Both the position numbers and the translations under genes were made by a program. A DNA stretch of 64,000 bases from positions 480,001 through 544,000 of the forward strand of contig CAVTRC010000001.1 in assembly GCA_963737065.1 (NCBI GenBank), given 5' to 3'. Shown here one piece after another: positions 27,172 through 37,053 of this stretch. Source of the DNA: Candidatus Eremiobacteria bacterium. Lineage in GTDB: Bacteria; Vulcanimicrobiota; Vulcanimicrobiia; Vulcanimicrobiales; Vulcanimicrobiaceae. Numbering within the stretch: the stretch's first letter is position 1; each line of letters begins with the position of its first letter. Below the pieces are notes generated by a model. That model ran no database searches. It had not been told where the DNA came from and saw only the letters and a program-made list of their open reading frames with translations.

Positions 27172-29337
27172 CTACATTTTCTCTAACGGAGCGTACTTCA
27201 ACATCAGCATCTTCTGACCGACGTTCGGGAAGTCGATTGTGATCAATCCGTCGCCGCCCGCACCGACGACGCCGCGAATCGTTCCCTCACCCCACTTCGG
27301 ATGCCGAACGCGGTCGCCGTCTTGCAGATCCATGCTCAGTCCGGCGCCTGCCGATTCGTGAATCGAGACCTCGCGCCAGCGCCCGCCGGACGGACGCGGC
27401 AGAACAACGCTCCCGCTTTCGAGATGTTCGAGACCCGGCATCTCTTCCAAGAACCGCGACTTCGGATACGCGTAGGTGTTGCCGAAGATCGCGCGCCGCT
27501 GCGCGTACGAGAGAAAGAGCCGGTCCATAGCGCGCGTCACACCGACGTAGGCAAGACGCCGCTCTTCCTCGAGCTCCGTCATGTCGGTCAGCGCGCGGCT
27601 GTGCGGGAAGACGCCTTCCTCGAGGCCAGTGAGGAACACCTGCGAAAACTCGAGGCCCTTCGCGCCGTGCATCGTCATCAGCGTGACGTAGGACGAATCG
27701 GGATCGAGCGCATCGAGATCGCTGATGAGGGCGATATTTGCGAGGAACCCGGCATGCGACGCTTCCGGTTCGGATGCCTCGTATTCGCGCGCCACGCCGA
27801 GCAGCTCTTGCAGATTCTCCATGCGAGCGCGCGCATCGTGCGTCTCTTCCGCTTGCAGCTCTCGAACGTAGCCCGAATCTTCCATCACGGTGACGAGCAG
27901 GTCGGACACCCTCGTTGACTGCGCTTGCGCGCGGAAGTTGCGGATCAGCTCCGCGAAGCGCTCAAGCTCCTTGAGCTTCTTCGGCACGGCCTCTCTGAGC
28001 AGCTCGCTATCGAACACCGCTTCGCCGACGGAAATGCCGCGCGCGTTTGCCGCGGTCACCAGCGCACCGAGCGTTTGCGCGCCGATTCCGCGACGCGGCA
28101 CGTTGACGATCCGCTTGAATGCGAGCGCGTCCGACGGATTCATCACGTAGCGCATGTACGCGATAACGTCCTTGATCTCTGAGCGCGCGTAGAACCCGAC
28201 GCCGCCGACGACGCGATACGGGATGCCGTCCGCGATCATCGCTTCTTCGAACACACGCGACTGCGCGTTCGTGCGATACAGAATCAAAAAATCGCGATAA
28301 GCCGCGCCGTCGCGTACCATCTCTTTGATTTTTTCGGTCACGTAGCGCGCTTCGTCGCGTTCCGTCGCGGCCGGGTAAACGGTAATTGCTTCGCCGTGGT
28401 CACGGCGCGTGAAGAGCTTCTTTTTCGCGCGCGTTTTGTTATTCGAAACGAGCGCGTTCGCCGCGTCGAGGATCCGTTGCGTCGAGCGATAGTTTTCCTC
28501 GAGCTTGAACACTTTCGCGCCCCGGAAATCTTCTTCGAAACGCAGGATCATCCGATAATCGCTGCCGCGCCATGAATAGATCGACTGATCGTCGTCGCCG
28601 ACGACGGTGACGTTTTTCGACTTAGCACCCAGTAGCGCAATGAGCCGATACTGCGCGACGTTTACGTCCTGATACTCGTCTACCAGGATGTATTGAAATT
28701 TCCGCTGGTATTTGTCACGAACCGTTTGCTCTTTTTCGAGCAGGTCGATCGTGCGAACGATCAAGTCGTCGAAGTCGAGGCTATTCGACTCGCGCAAGCG
28801 CCGTTCGTATTCGGTGTACACGTTCGCCATGCGTTCGCCGATGAATGACGTCTGCTTTTCGTGATACTGCTCGGGCCAAATCAGCGCGTTCTTCGCCTTG
28901 CTGATTTCGTGCAGGCATGCGCCCGCAGCGATTTGCCGTTCGTCGTAGTCCAGATCGTCGAGAATATCTTTGACGAGTTGGCGCTGATCGGTGTCGTCGA
29001 TGATCGCAAAGTTGGGCGAGATGCCGTTCTTCGTTCCATCGCGGCGCAACATACGCACGCACATCGAGTGGAACGTTCCGACCCATAGATCGCGCGAACG
29101 GGAACCGACCATACCTTCGAGACGCGTTTTCATCTCGCCGGCGGCTTTATTCGTGAACGTGACCGCAAGAATCCGATCTGCTTCGACGCCTTTTTCGTTC
29201 AACAAATGCGCGATGCGGTGCGTCAAGACGCGCGTCTTTCCGCTCCCCGCGCCGGCGAATATCAAAACAGGACCGTCGGTGTGGGCGACGGCCTTTGCTT
29301 GTACGTCGTTAAGGGTTTCGGACTCCACGATCATCAT
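27172..29337 (-). CDS. pcrA: ATP-dependent DNA helicase PcrA/UvrD
   Basis: AGAGSGKT, TFTNKAA, VDEYQD, VGDDDQSIY, LEENYRST, HGAKGLEF, EEERRLAYVGVTRA, C-terminal RVRHPKWGEG. Confidence 0.96.
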   Translation of the reverse strand: MMIVESETLNDVQAKAVAHTDGPVLIFAGAGSGKTRVLTHRIAHLLNEKGVEADRILAVTFTNKAAGEMKTRLEGMVGSRSRDLWVGTFHSMCVRMLRRDGTKNGISPNFAIIDDTDQRQLVKDILDDLDYDERQIAAGACLHEISKAKNALIWPEQYHEKQTSFIGERMANVYTEYERRLRESNSLDFDDLIVRTIDLLEKEQTVRDKYQRKFQYILVDEYQDVNVAQYRLIALLGAKSKNVTVVGDDDQSIYSWRGSDYRMILRFEEDFRGAKVFKLEENYRSTQRILDAANALVSNNKTRAKKKLFTRRDHGEAITVYPAATERDEARYVTEKIKEMVRDGAAYRDFLILYRTNAQSRVFEEAMIADGIPYRVVGGVGFYARSEIKDVIAYMRYVMNPSDALAFKRIVNVPRRGIGAQTLGALVTAANARGISVGEAVFDSELLREAVPKKLKELERFAELIRNFRAQAQSTRVSDLLVTVMEDSGYVRELQAEETHDARARMENLQELLGVAREYEASEPEASHAGFLANIALISDLDALDPDSSYVTLMTMHGAKGLEFSQVFLTGLEEGVFPHSRALTDMTELEEERRLAYVGVTRAMDRLFLSYAQRRAIFGNTYAYPKSRFLEEMPGLEHLESGSVVLPRPSGGRWREVSIHESAGAGLSMDLQDGDRVRHPKWGEGTIRGVVGAGGDGLITIDFPNVGQKMLMLKYAPLEKM

Positions 29338-29382
29338 CTCGTAAGACTTCGCCGCGCGAGGCAAATCGGCCTCGGCGGTGTC

Positions 29383-30426
29383 TCACGATGCGGCGGAGGG
29401 CTGCTTTTGTCGTAATGCCAGCGCGTACGCTGATGCAAGGTACGCGAGCGTTGACTCTGCCCCCATGTTGGCATTTGCGCCATGCGCATCGAGTCCGTCG
29501 CGGCACGCGCCTCCGGCGTCAACCAACGGTACGCCGACGATGTTGGCGCCGTGATACCATTCGTGCGCGCGCCGCGCCGCGGCCAAGCGCTCGGGACGTT
29601 CATCGGCAGCAAATGCGGCCAGCTCTGCGTCCACCATCGCGACCGCTTCCAGGGGCTGTTGTGCAAAACGAGCCCGCGTTCCGCCGCGGCGATACCACTC
29701 GTCGTTACCGATCGGAACGAAAATGCCGTTTTCAAAAACGACCGTTTCGAGAAAATCGAGCGTTCGCAGTCCCGCGCGCACCATATCGTCGTTGCGCAGC
29801 GAACTGCCCGCGACGAGCAGCGCCTCCGGCAGGCGCGCGTTATCGTAGGTCATTAGGTCTTCGAACCAGCACCACGTCTCGTCGGCGGATTCATGAAGCC
29901 GTGCGAGAGACGACGTCGCCAGACGCTCCATCGCCGCGCGATAGAGCGGACGCGGCGCGACGGCGTACGCGTGATGCAATCCCAAGACCGCGTACGCCTG
30001 AGCGCGCGCGAACTGCAGCCACTCGAGCGAGGAAAGCGCCCGATCGAACATTTGCCCGCACAGGATGCGCCACTGTTCCGTCGGCGCAAATCGGAATCCG
30101 TATCCAAGCGCCCAGATCGCGCGTCCCACGCTGTCGTGCGTTCCGACCTCGTCGAGCCACTCCCGCGCATAGCTCATGAAATTATGAAAGCGCCCGTCAT
30201 CCAGCTGCGCATCGTGCAAGAATGAAAGATACGTCGACGCGAGACGCACTGACACGTCATCTCCGCACAATGCATGATGCATCAAGGCGACGATGAACGC
30301 GCGTGCGACATCATCCGTACAGTAACCGGTGGACCGGTTCGGCACGGAGTATGTCGCATGTTGGATGATACCGGTGTCGTCGCTCAGGACGGCGACGTGA
30401 TGAAGCGGGGGAAGTCCGGAGGTCAA
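29383..30426 (-). CDS. Glycosyltransferase-associated helical (six-hairpin-like) domain protein
   Basis: DDTGIIQHA, GYCTDDVARA, GRFHNFMSY, YDNARLPEAL, QQPLEA, NMGAESTLA; TTG start overlaps the GT stop. Confidence 0.75.
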   Translation of the reverse strand: MTSGLPPLHHVAVLSDDTGIIQHATYSVPNRSTGYCTDDVARAFIVALMHHALCGDDVSVRLASTYLSFLHDAQLDDGRFHNFMSYAREWLDEVGTHDSVGRAIWALGYGFRFAPTEQWRILCGQMFDRALSSLEWLQFARAQAYAVLGLHHAYAVAPRPLYRAAMERLATSSLARLHESADETWCWFEDLMTYDNARLPEALLVAGSSLRNDDMVRAGLRTLDFLETVVFENGIFVPIGNDEWYRRGGTRARFAQQPLEAVAMVDAELAAFAADERPERLAAARRAHEWYHGANIVGVPLVDAGGACRDGLDAHGANANMGAESTLAYLASAYALALRQKQPSAAS

Positions 30427-31628
30427 GCGCTCGTGACGAGTTCGACGTGCGACGGAGGCGCGAGCTCGAGGAAGATTTCCCCGTATCGGCGCGCAACGTG
30501 CGACCACGTCATTTGACGGCCGAACCGGTACGCGCGGCGTTCCGTTGCACGGCGAAGCGACGGATCGTCGAGGAGCATCAGCAGACGATCGGCAATCGAG
30601 CCCGCGTCGCGGAACCCACACAAGAATCCGCGGCCGTGCGCGAGTAATTCTTCCGCATACAGGTACGGCGTCGAGATCACCGCCTTTCCGCAACCGACGG
30701 CATACGCGAGCGTGCCGCTCACGATCTGCACCGGATTGAGATACGGCGTGAGATAGATGTCGGTGGCCGCGAGATACGTAACCAGTTCATCAAAGTCGAG
30801 ATACTTATCGATCAACTGGACGTTGTTTTGCAACCCGTAATCACGCACCATCTGATGCAGTGATTCGCGGTACGATTCGCCTTCGTGCCGGCGAACGACC
30901 GGATGCGTTTCACCGAGAATGAGGTACAGCGCTTCGGGATGCCGCTTGACGACCTTACGCATCCCTTCGATCGCGTATTCGAGCCCCTTTCCGCGATTGA
31001 TCAATCCGAATGTCGAGATGACGAGCCGTTCTCCGATACCGAACGAGGCTTTCGCTGCATCAGTGGGTTGAAACGGCACGTCGGGCACGCCGTGATGAAT
31101 CAACGCGAGACGCGACGGGTCGATCCCGTAGACGCCACGCAGGAGTTCGCAGCCGGTGCCGGAGAGGGAAACTACTTTATCGGCGCGCTCGCACAATTTT
31201 CGGGTCACGCGCAACATCGTGTCGTCGGGGTCGGGAAGCACCGTATGGAGCGTGATGACGACGGGCTTGCTCACCTCGTCAAGGAGGTCACACAGCCATT
31301 CGCCGCGCTCGCCGCCGAAGAGCCCGTACTCGTGCTGAATGTTCAGCAGCTGTGCCGGGTCATCGTTGATGAAGCGCGCGATGTCGCGATAGCTGTAGCG
31401 ATCCTGTTCGCTCAGACGTGCCACGACTTCGCGCGGATAGCGCCGCGTCTCACCGCCGGGTTCGTCGATGGCGATGACGTCGCTCTTCGAACCAAAGGCG
31501 CGGTCGAACGACGTGACGACGTCGTGCGTAAACGTGGCAATACCGCATTCGCGCGGCGGATACGATCCGAGCAGAAGGACGGGCGGCACCGCGTGTAGTT
31601 CCAGTGCGTCGGCCGTTCTCGGCGTCAT
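30423..31628 (-). CDS. GT4 family glycosyltransferase
   Basis: YPPRECGIATFT, IQHEYGLFGG, HGVP, TFGLI..GKGLEY, TPY, SGTLAYAVGCGKAVISTPY; GGAGG SD before ATG 31628. Confidence 0.92.
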   Translation of the reverse strand: MTPRTADALELHAVPPVLLLGSYPPRECGIATFTHDVVTSFDRAFGSKSDVIAIDEPGGETRRYPREVVARLSEQDRYSYRDIARFINDDPAQLLNIQHEYGLFGGERGEWLCDLLDEVSKPVVITLHTVLPDPDDTMLRVTRKLCERADKVVSLSGTGCELLRGVYGIDPSRLALIHHGVPDVPFQPTDAAKASFGIGERLVISTFGLINRGKGLEYAIEGMRKVVKRHPEALYLILGETHPVVRRHEGESYRESLHQMVRDYGLQNNVQLIDKYLDFDELVTYLAATDIYLTPYLNPVQIVSGTLAYAVGCGKAVISTPYLYAEELLAHGRGFLCGFRDAGSIADRLLMLLDDPSLRRATERRAYRFGRQMTWSHVARRYGEIFLELAPPSHVELVTSA

Positions 31629-31706
31629 CGTTCCTCCATTCTGCGACAACAGGGCATAGGGGAGCCACGATATTAGGAAGCTCCTCCCTGGTTCGATAGT
31701 ACAAAT

Positions 31707-31734
31707 GTACCCGTCCGCGTCGCCGCGATAAACC
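31707..31734 (-). promoter_or_regulatory. SigB/SigF-like stress promoter
   Basis: GGTTT-N17-GGGTAC on the minus strand upstream of the GT4 gene. Confidence 0.6.
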
Positions 31735-31760
31735 TGCGGAACGGTTAACGCTTGGTTTAA

Positions 31761-32846
31761 CTAGCGCTGGATCGGTTGGGTTGCACCAACCCGGGCGCCC
31801 AAGTCGAGCATGGCTCCAGGTTCGACCACGGCGTCATGTCCGATGACGCCGCCGGCCGGCACGTGAGCACGCGCGCCGACGACCGCGTTGCTCGCGAGAA
31901 TGCTGCTTTCAACGCTTGCTTCTTCCTCTATACGGACGCCATCCCACAGCACGCTGTTGCGCACGGTGGCGCGGGCGCCAATCGTAACGCCCGTGCCGAG
32001 CACGACGTTCGGGCCGACGTTTGCGGTCGGGTCGACCGCGACGCCGGCGTCGGCGTGCACCGGCAGCGTGAGGTTTTTCACCGGGTCGAGCGCCCTAGCT
32101 CCCTTGCCGGTCGCACCCGGCTCGATCTCGAGCATCGGCATACGTCCGGCAAGAATGTCGACGTGCGCGGCGAGATACTGCTCGGGACGTCCGAGGTCGA
32201 TCCAGTAGTCATCGGTGGTGTAGGCGTAGAGGCCTTTGCCGCGCGCAATGATTTCGGGAAACGTCTCGCGCTCGATCGAGACGTTCCGTCCGGCGGGAAT
32301 CATGTCGAGGATCTCCCGCTCGAACAAATACGTGCCGGCATTGATTTCATTCGTCGGCGCGGTTCCGGGCGGCGGCTTCTCGACGAATGCGCTGATACGG
32401 CCCTGATCGTCGTGAACGACGCACCCGAACGATGAAGGATCGTCGACCCGAATGAGATGCAGCAAGCCGATGCCGCCTTCACGCTCGTGATCTTCGACCA
32501 TCGCGCGCAAATCCAGGCTCGTGAGAATGTCGCCGTTGAGCACGAAGAACGGACCGGTAATGTGCTGCTCGACGTTCTTCAGCGCGCCCGCGGTACCGAG
32601 CGGCGTTTCCTCGATCACGTAGGTAATGTTCATCCCGAGTTGCGAGCCGTCGCCGAAGTACCGCGTGATCGCTTCGGGCATATAGCCGGCCGGCAAAATG
32701 ACGTCCCGGATGCCCGCCTCATAGAGCCGCTCCATCGTCCGCGCGAGAAACGGAACGCCCAGGATCGGAACCATCGGCTTGGGCGTGCCGTACGTGAGGG
32801 GACGCAGCCGGGTGCCTTCACCACCGACCAGGACTATCGCTTGCAA
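31761..32846 (-). CDS. Mannose-1-phosphate guanylyltransferase-like NDP-sugar synthase
   Basis: AIVLVGGEGTRLRPLT..PKPMVP, PLGTAGA, VLNGD, FVEKP, INAGTY, SIERETFP, YWIDLG. Confidence 0.92.
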   Translation of the reverse strand: MQAIVLVGGEGTRLRPLTYGTPKPMVPILGVPFLARTMERLYEAGIRDVILPAGYMPEAITRYFGDGSQLGMNITYVIEETPLGTAGALKNVEQHITGPFFVLNGDILTSLDLRAMVEDHEREGGIGLLHLIRVDDPSSFGCVVHDDQGRISAFVEKPPPGTAPTNEINAGTYLFEREILDMIPAGRNVSIERETFPEIIARGKGLYAYTTDDYWIDLGRPEQYLAAHVDILAGRMPMLEIEPGATGKGARALDPVKNLTLPVHADAGVAVDPTANVGPNVVLGTGVTIGARATVRNSVLWDGVRIEEEASVESSILASNAVVGARAHVPAGGVIGHDAVVEPGAMLDLGARVGATQPIQR

Positions 32847-32956
32847 CGAGGGCTCCTTTCAGGGGAAGCCGCTTCTTAGTCGATAGACCGCGCCGACCCT
32901 ATGCGTGCTAGTCGCGCGTGCGGCAATAATGCAGTAACATTCCGTTTACAGGCGTG

Positions 32957-32977
32957 CGAACGTATGTTCGATATACT
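32957..32977 (+). promoter_or_regulatory. LexA (SOS) box and -10 element
   Basis: CGAAC-GTAT-GTTCG at 32957-32970 (perfect Gram-positive-type SOS box), TATACT at 32972-32977, ATG after a 6-nt gap. Confidence 0.8.
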
Positions 32978-32983
32978 AACGGT

Positions 32984-33574
32984 ATGCCGCGGCGCATCTA
33001 CGATTGGAAAGCCATTCAGGAATACCACGATGAGGGCAACGATTTCGTCGAGTGCCAGAAAAAATTTCAATTCTCGCATACGGCGTGGATCAAGGCCGTC
33101 AAACGCGGGCGACTGATCGTTGAGAAACGACAGTTCGCAGATCGCCGGCGCCGCTATAATTGGTCGGAAGTCCAGACATATTACGACGAGGGCCACACGT
33201 TTAGAGAATGTCGCTTACGGTTTGGCTTCTGCGCGGCTGCGTGGGCGAAGGCCGTTCAACGCGGCGAGCTTACCGCTCGATCGCGTCTTTGGCCATGGCG
33301 AAAAGTCGTGACCCAAAGCAAATCGCGGTTGTCTGTAAAGCGCGCGCTATTGCGCGAGGGCATCCTTTCCAACAAATGCGACGAGTGTGGCCTCGATGAA
33401 TGGCGGGGAAAGCCACTCTCCATTCACGTTGATCACATCAACGGAATCCACGACGACCACCGGTTAGAGAATTTGCGAATGCTGTGTCCGAACTGCCACA
33501 GTCAGACCGAAACGTATGGCGCTAAGAACCGTCGACGTCTCCGGCTCTTGCAAGACCCGGCGCGAGGCTTGTAG
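32984..33574 (+). CDS. HNH endonuclease with two N-terminal ~45-aa repeats
   Basis: KCDECG...IHVDHING..DDHRLENLRMLCPNCHSQT; repeats YDWKAIQEYHDEG...WIKAVKRGRL and YNWSEVQTYYDEG...WAKAVQRGEL. Confidence 0.9.
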   Translation: MPRRIYDWKAIQEYHDEGNDFVECQKKFQFSHTAWIKAVKRGRLIVEKRQFADRRRRYNWSEVQTYYDEGHTFRECRLRFGFCAAAWAKAVQRGELTARSRLWPWRKVVTQSKSRLSVKRALLREGILSNKCDECGLDEWRGKPLSIHVDHINGIHDDHRLENLRMLCPNCHSQTETYGAKNRRRLRLLQDPARGL

Positions 33575-33577
33575 TAT
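33548..33577 (+). promoter_or_regulatory. Sigma70 promoter for the tRNA pair
   Basis: TTGCAA-N18-TAGTAT within the last codons of the HNH gene; its TAG stop is part of the -10. Confidence 0.65.
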
Positions 33578-33592
33578 TACCGTCGCTGCCAT

Positions 33593-33667
33593 TCCCGGAT
33601 GGTGAAATGGGTATCACGCGACACTCTGGATGTCGTTTTCCTCGTTCGAGTCGAGGTCCGGGAGCCA
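33593..33667 (+). tRNA. tRNA-Gln(CTG)
   Basis: Acceptor TCCCGGA/TCCGGGA, anticodon arm CGACA-CTCTGGA-TGTCG, TTCGAGT T loop, encoded CCA. Confidence 0.95.
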
Positions 33668-33668
33668 T

Positions 33669-33744
33669 GGCCCTATCGTCTAGAGGCCTAGGACGCCGCC
33701 CTCTCACGGCGGTAACACCGGTTCGAATCCGGTTGGGGCTACCA
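33669..33744 (+). tRNA. tRNA-Glu(CTC)
   Basis: GGCCCTA...TGGGGCT-A-CCA, anticodon arm CCGCC-CTCTCAC-GGCGG, GGTTCGAATCC. Confidence 0.96.
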
Positions 33745-33971
33745 TTTTCGGAAACGTTCGAGAAAGCATCGTCGGCCGTGCGCCGGGACGGAGAGGACGC
33801 CGTGGCGTGCGTTTCGTTCAAGAGTGGCGCCCGGAATACGGCGACACGCGTGCTTTTTTTTCAGCTGGTAAACGATCACGCGAAATTCGCAAAATACGAA
33901 ATCAAGTATTGTCGATTACGCCGATGGTACGACTTCGAACGAACATTCACCATAAAAGAAAGGCTACAGCC

Positions 33972-34337
33972 ATGACTGCGCGCGTCCTTCCAATCCTTAT
34001 GCTGCTTGCGACGGTTGCACTCACTGCATGCGGCGGTGGAAGCAGCAACAACACACCAGAAGCGCCAAATGCGAGTTCGAGCACGATCACTGTCACCGTT
34101 GGCGGCGCTCCGACCGCGGGCATCAGCGTGACCCTTTCGACCAGCTTGAACGGCTCGATGCCGTCGGGAACGACGATAGCGACCGGCACGACCAACGGCT
34201 CAGGCCAAGTGACCTTCAATAATCTGCCGGCGTCCGGCGCCATCTGCGATAGCGCGGAGCGCAGCAACAACAACCAAGCGCAGTTCGTCGGCGCATGTCA
34301 TCAGCCGTTTCCTTCAAGCACTACTCTCGATTTCTAG
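33972..34337 (+). CDS. Small lipoprotein with an Ig-like/transthyretin-like beta domain
   Basis: Lipobox ALTAC-GGG, Thr/Ser-rich beta strands, TGTTNGSGQVTFNNLP; AAAGG SD. Confidence 0.8.
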   Translation: MTARVLPILMLLATVALTACGGGSSNNTPEAPNASSSTITVTVGGAPTAGISVTLSTSLNGSMPSGTTIATGTTNGSGQVTFNNLPASGAICDSAERSNNNQAQFVGACHQPFPSSTTLDF

Positions 34338-34352
34338 CACTCCCATTGTGGC

Positions 34353-34372
34353 GTACGGCATCATTGCCGTAC
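34353..34372 (+). terminator. Hairpin after the lipoprotein gene
   Basis: GTACGGCA-TCAT-TGCCGTAC; no U-tract. Confidence 0.4.
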
Positions 34373-34513
34373 CGCCGCGCTGGTATCGCGGCCGCCTCAA
34401 GCGCTGCGACTTCGCGCGCAATTCGCCCAGGCGTCTACGGGCAGGTTGATGCTCGAAGCGGTTCGTGCGTCGGTTCGCAGTGAAGTCTAAGCATTGGCCG
34501 TTACGCTGCCGTC

Positions 34514-34831
34514 ATGATGTCCAACGGTACGATTATTACTGCGGAACCGACGGTGAAAATGTCCGGCGATATCGATATTGCGTGCGGGCCGGAACTGTCG
34601 CGTTTAGAGAAACGCCTCGTGAAATCCGATTCCGTCGTTGTGGACGTTTCGAACGTGCAATATGTCGACACGACGCTTTTGCGCTTTCTTCTCCGATTGC
34701 GGCACCATGCGAATAAAAAAGAACATAGCGCCATCAAAGTCATCGGTGTCGGAGCGCGCTTGCGGCGTATCTTCGAAATCACCGGAATGATGCGTCTGTT
34801 CGACGTCGAGTGCGCTACGTCGATGCTTTGA
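34514..34831 (+). CDS. STAS-domain anti-sigma-factor antagonist
   Basis: SGDIDIA, VVVDVSNVQYVDTT, LRRIFEITGM. Confidence 0.88.
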   Translation: MMSNGTIITAEPTVKMSGDIDIACGPELSRLEKRLVKSDSVVVDVSNVQYVDTTLLRFLLRLRHHANKKEHSAIKVIGVGARLRRIFEITGMMRLFDVECATSML

Positions 34832-35093
34832 AACGCGCGGCGGTCAGTCCATTCCGGCGCTCGCCGCACGCGTCGGCGTGACTTTCGCACGAGTTCGGCA
34901 CACAAGGGCAATGCTGCACGAACCGGTTCGCTGAGTTCAATGATCACCCACATCCCCGCACGCATCGGCGCGAGGTATCCCCGATTCTAGGGCGGCGCGA
35001 AGCATTTTTGGAATACTCGCCGTCGCGCACAGGGAGCGACCGATTTCCCGATCTTCGCAGGGAACGCAGTTCGCGGGTTCACACTGGAAGCGA

Positions 35094-35918
35094 ATGTCGC
35101 CGCCCAATTCTCATCCGCGTTCCTATCACTACGGTGAACTGACCTGGCCGCAAGTGAAAGAAGCGGCCGCGCAACCCGTCGTCGCCGTCGTGCCGATTGC
35201 GACGATCGAGGATCACGGTCCACATCTTCCGGTCGATACCGATTTACGACTATGCACGGCGGTAGCTGAAGCGGCCGTATCGCATGCGCGCGATCGCGCG
35301 TTGCTCGTACCGCCGATCAATCACGGCTATAGTCCGCACCATATGGATTTTCCGGGCGCCATTACGATCGGCGCCCATACATTGATCGATTACGGTGTCG
35401 ACGTCTGCCGTAGTTTGGCGCATCACGGATTCCGCAAGATCCTCATCGTGAACGGTCACGGTAGTAACACGCCGTTCATCGATATCATCGCGCGCTTGAC
35501 GGTCGTCGAAAGCGATGTCCTCGCTGCGGCCATCAATTACTGGGCCGCGCCGGGCGTGCGGGAAGTGGCGGAATCGTTACGCGAGTCGGAACCGATCGGC
35601 GGGATGAACCACGCGTGTGAATTTGAAACGTCGCTGTATCTCGCGATTCGTCCCGATCTGGTCGACATGTCGAAAGCCGTTCACGAACTTTCGCACCGGC
35701 CGACGAAGAACTATTGGACGGATCTGATCGGTGGTGACGGACCGCTCGTGATGATGGAGCAATGGAGCACGCTTTCGAACTCGGGCGTGATGGGCGATCC
35801 GACGAAAGCAACCGCTGAAAAGGGCAGAAAATTGCTCGATGCCGCGTCGAACGGAATCGTTGAGGTCATCGATGAGATGCTGGCTCGCACGCCCGTGCAA
35901 CGAGTCGATCGCCACTGA
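35094..35918 (+). CDS. Creatininase/amidohydrolase family protein
   Basis: IEDHGPHLPVDTD, GYSPHHMDFPG, NGHGSN, HACEFETS, GVMGDPTKATAEKG. Confidence 0.92.
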   Translation: MSPPNSHPRSYHYGELTWPQVKEAAAQPVVAVVPIATIEDHGPHLPVDTDLRLCTAVAEAAVSHARDRALLVPPINHGYSPHHMDFPGAITIGAHTLIDYGVDVCRSLAHHGFRKILIVNGHGSNTPFIDIIARLTVVESDVLAAAINYWAAPGVREVAESLRESEPIGGMNHACEFETSLYLAIRPDLVDMSKAVHELSHRPTKNYWTDLIGGDGPLVMMEQWSTLSNSGVMGDPTKATAEKGRKLLDAASNGIVEVIDEMLARTPVQRVDRH

Positions 35919-35975
35919 GCGCCGCTCTGCGGCCCAGCCGCAGGAGCACCCCGCAGCGGTCGCCGATACCAGGGA

Positions 35976-36992
35976 ATGAACACGCTCGCAGCCTTCGCAA
36001 CTGTCCTGCTGTTGTTGCCGCTTTCGACGCAGGCGCCCATCGCAAACTATCACGTAACGGCGACGTATCTACTGGGTGGTGAGGGCGGCTGGGACTACCT
36101 TACGTACGACACCTCAGCGCGGCGGCTGTTTATCTCGCGCGCAACGCACGTGATGGTTGTCGACCCGGAAACGGGCAAAATGATCGGTGACGTCGCGAAG
36201 ACGCCCGGCGTGCACGGAATCGCACTCGCGCCCGAACTCAATAAGGGGTTCACGTCGAACGGAGCCGACGGAACGGTTACGGTCTTCGAACTATCCACGC
36301 TGAAGGCGCTCGATACGATTGCGACCGGCGCGAAAAATCCCGACGGCATCGCGTACGATTCCGTCACGCAACGAGTCTTCACGTTCAACGGCGGCAGCAA
36401 CGATGCCACGGCCATCGACGCGAGGACGAACCGCGTCGTTGCGACGATTCCGCTCGGCGGCCGCCCCGAATTTCCGGCGGTCGACGGACGAGGCACAATT
36501 TACGACAACGTCGAGAGCACGAACGAAATTGTCGCGATCGACGCGCGAACCGCGCGAATCATCAAACGGTATCCGCTCGGAAGTTGTAAGAGCCCGTCGG
36601 GACTCTCAATGGATCAAGCGCATCGGCGGCTCTTCACCGCCTGCGACGGTGAGATGGGAATCGTCGACGCCGACAGCGGCGATGTCATCGCCACGGTGCC
36701 GACGGGCGCCGGAACCGACGCGACGCGATTCGATGCCAACACGGGATTCGCATTTGCATCGAACGGACGCGCCGCCACGCTGACCGTCGTTCACGAGGAC
36801 AATCCCGACCACTACACGGTCGTACAAAACGCACAAACCGTCGCCGGCGCGCGCACGATGGCACTCGACCCGGCTAGCGGCAACGTGTTTCTCGTTACCG
36901 CGAAACTCATCGAAAATCCGAACGCAACGTCGTATCGCGACCGGTACCGGGTCGTCCCCGGCACGTTCGAGCTGCTCGTCGTGTCGCCCTGA
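35976..36992 (+). CDS. Secreted YncE/YVTN-type beta-propeller protein
   Basis: Signal peptide; GGEGGWDYL, GVHGIAL, NPDGIAYD, GARTMALD. Confidence 0.88.
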   Translation: MNTLAAFATVLLLLPLSTQAPIANYHVTATYLLGGEGGWDYLTYDTSARRLFISRATHVMVVDPETGKMIGDVAKTPGVHGIALAPELNKGFTSNGADGTVTVFELSTLKALDTIATGAKNPDGIAYDSVTQRVFTFNGGSNDATAIDARTNRVVATIPLGGRPEFPAVDGRGTIYDNVESTNEIVAIDARTARIIKRYPLGSCKSPSGLSMDQAHRRLFTACDGEMGIVDADSGDVIATVPTGAGTDATRFDANTGFAFASNGRAATLTVVHEDNPDHYTVVQNAQTVAGARTMALDPASGNVFLVTAKLIENPNATSYRDRYRVVPGTFELLVVSP

Positions 36993-37053
36993 ACGACTGC
37001 TTGCGAAGCGAGCTGAACGCCGCGCAGTGACGTTTCACCGCATGTCATGTAAG

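Noticed and set aside
33866..33935. c-di-GMP-I riboswitch upstream of the lipoprotein (GGTAAAC...GAAA...GCAAAA)
   Set aside because: The stem around GAAA and the downstream receptor helix do not fit the consensus.
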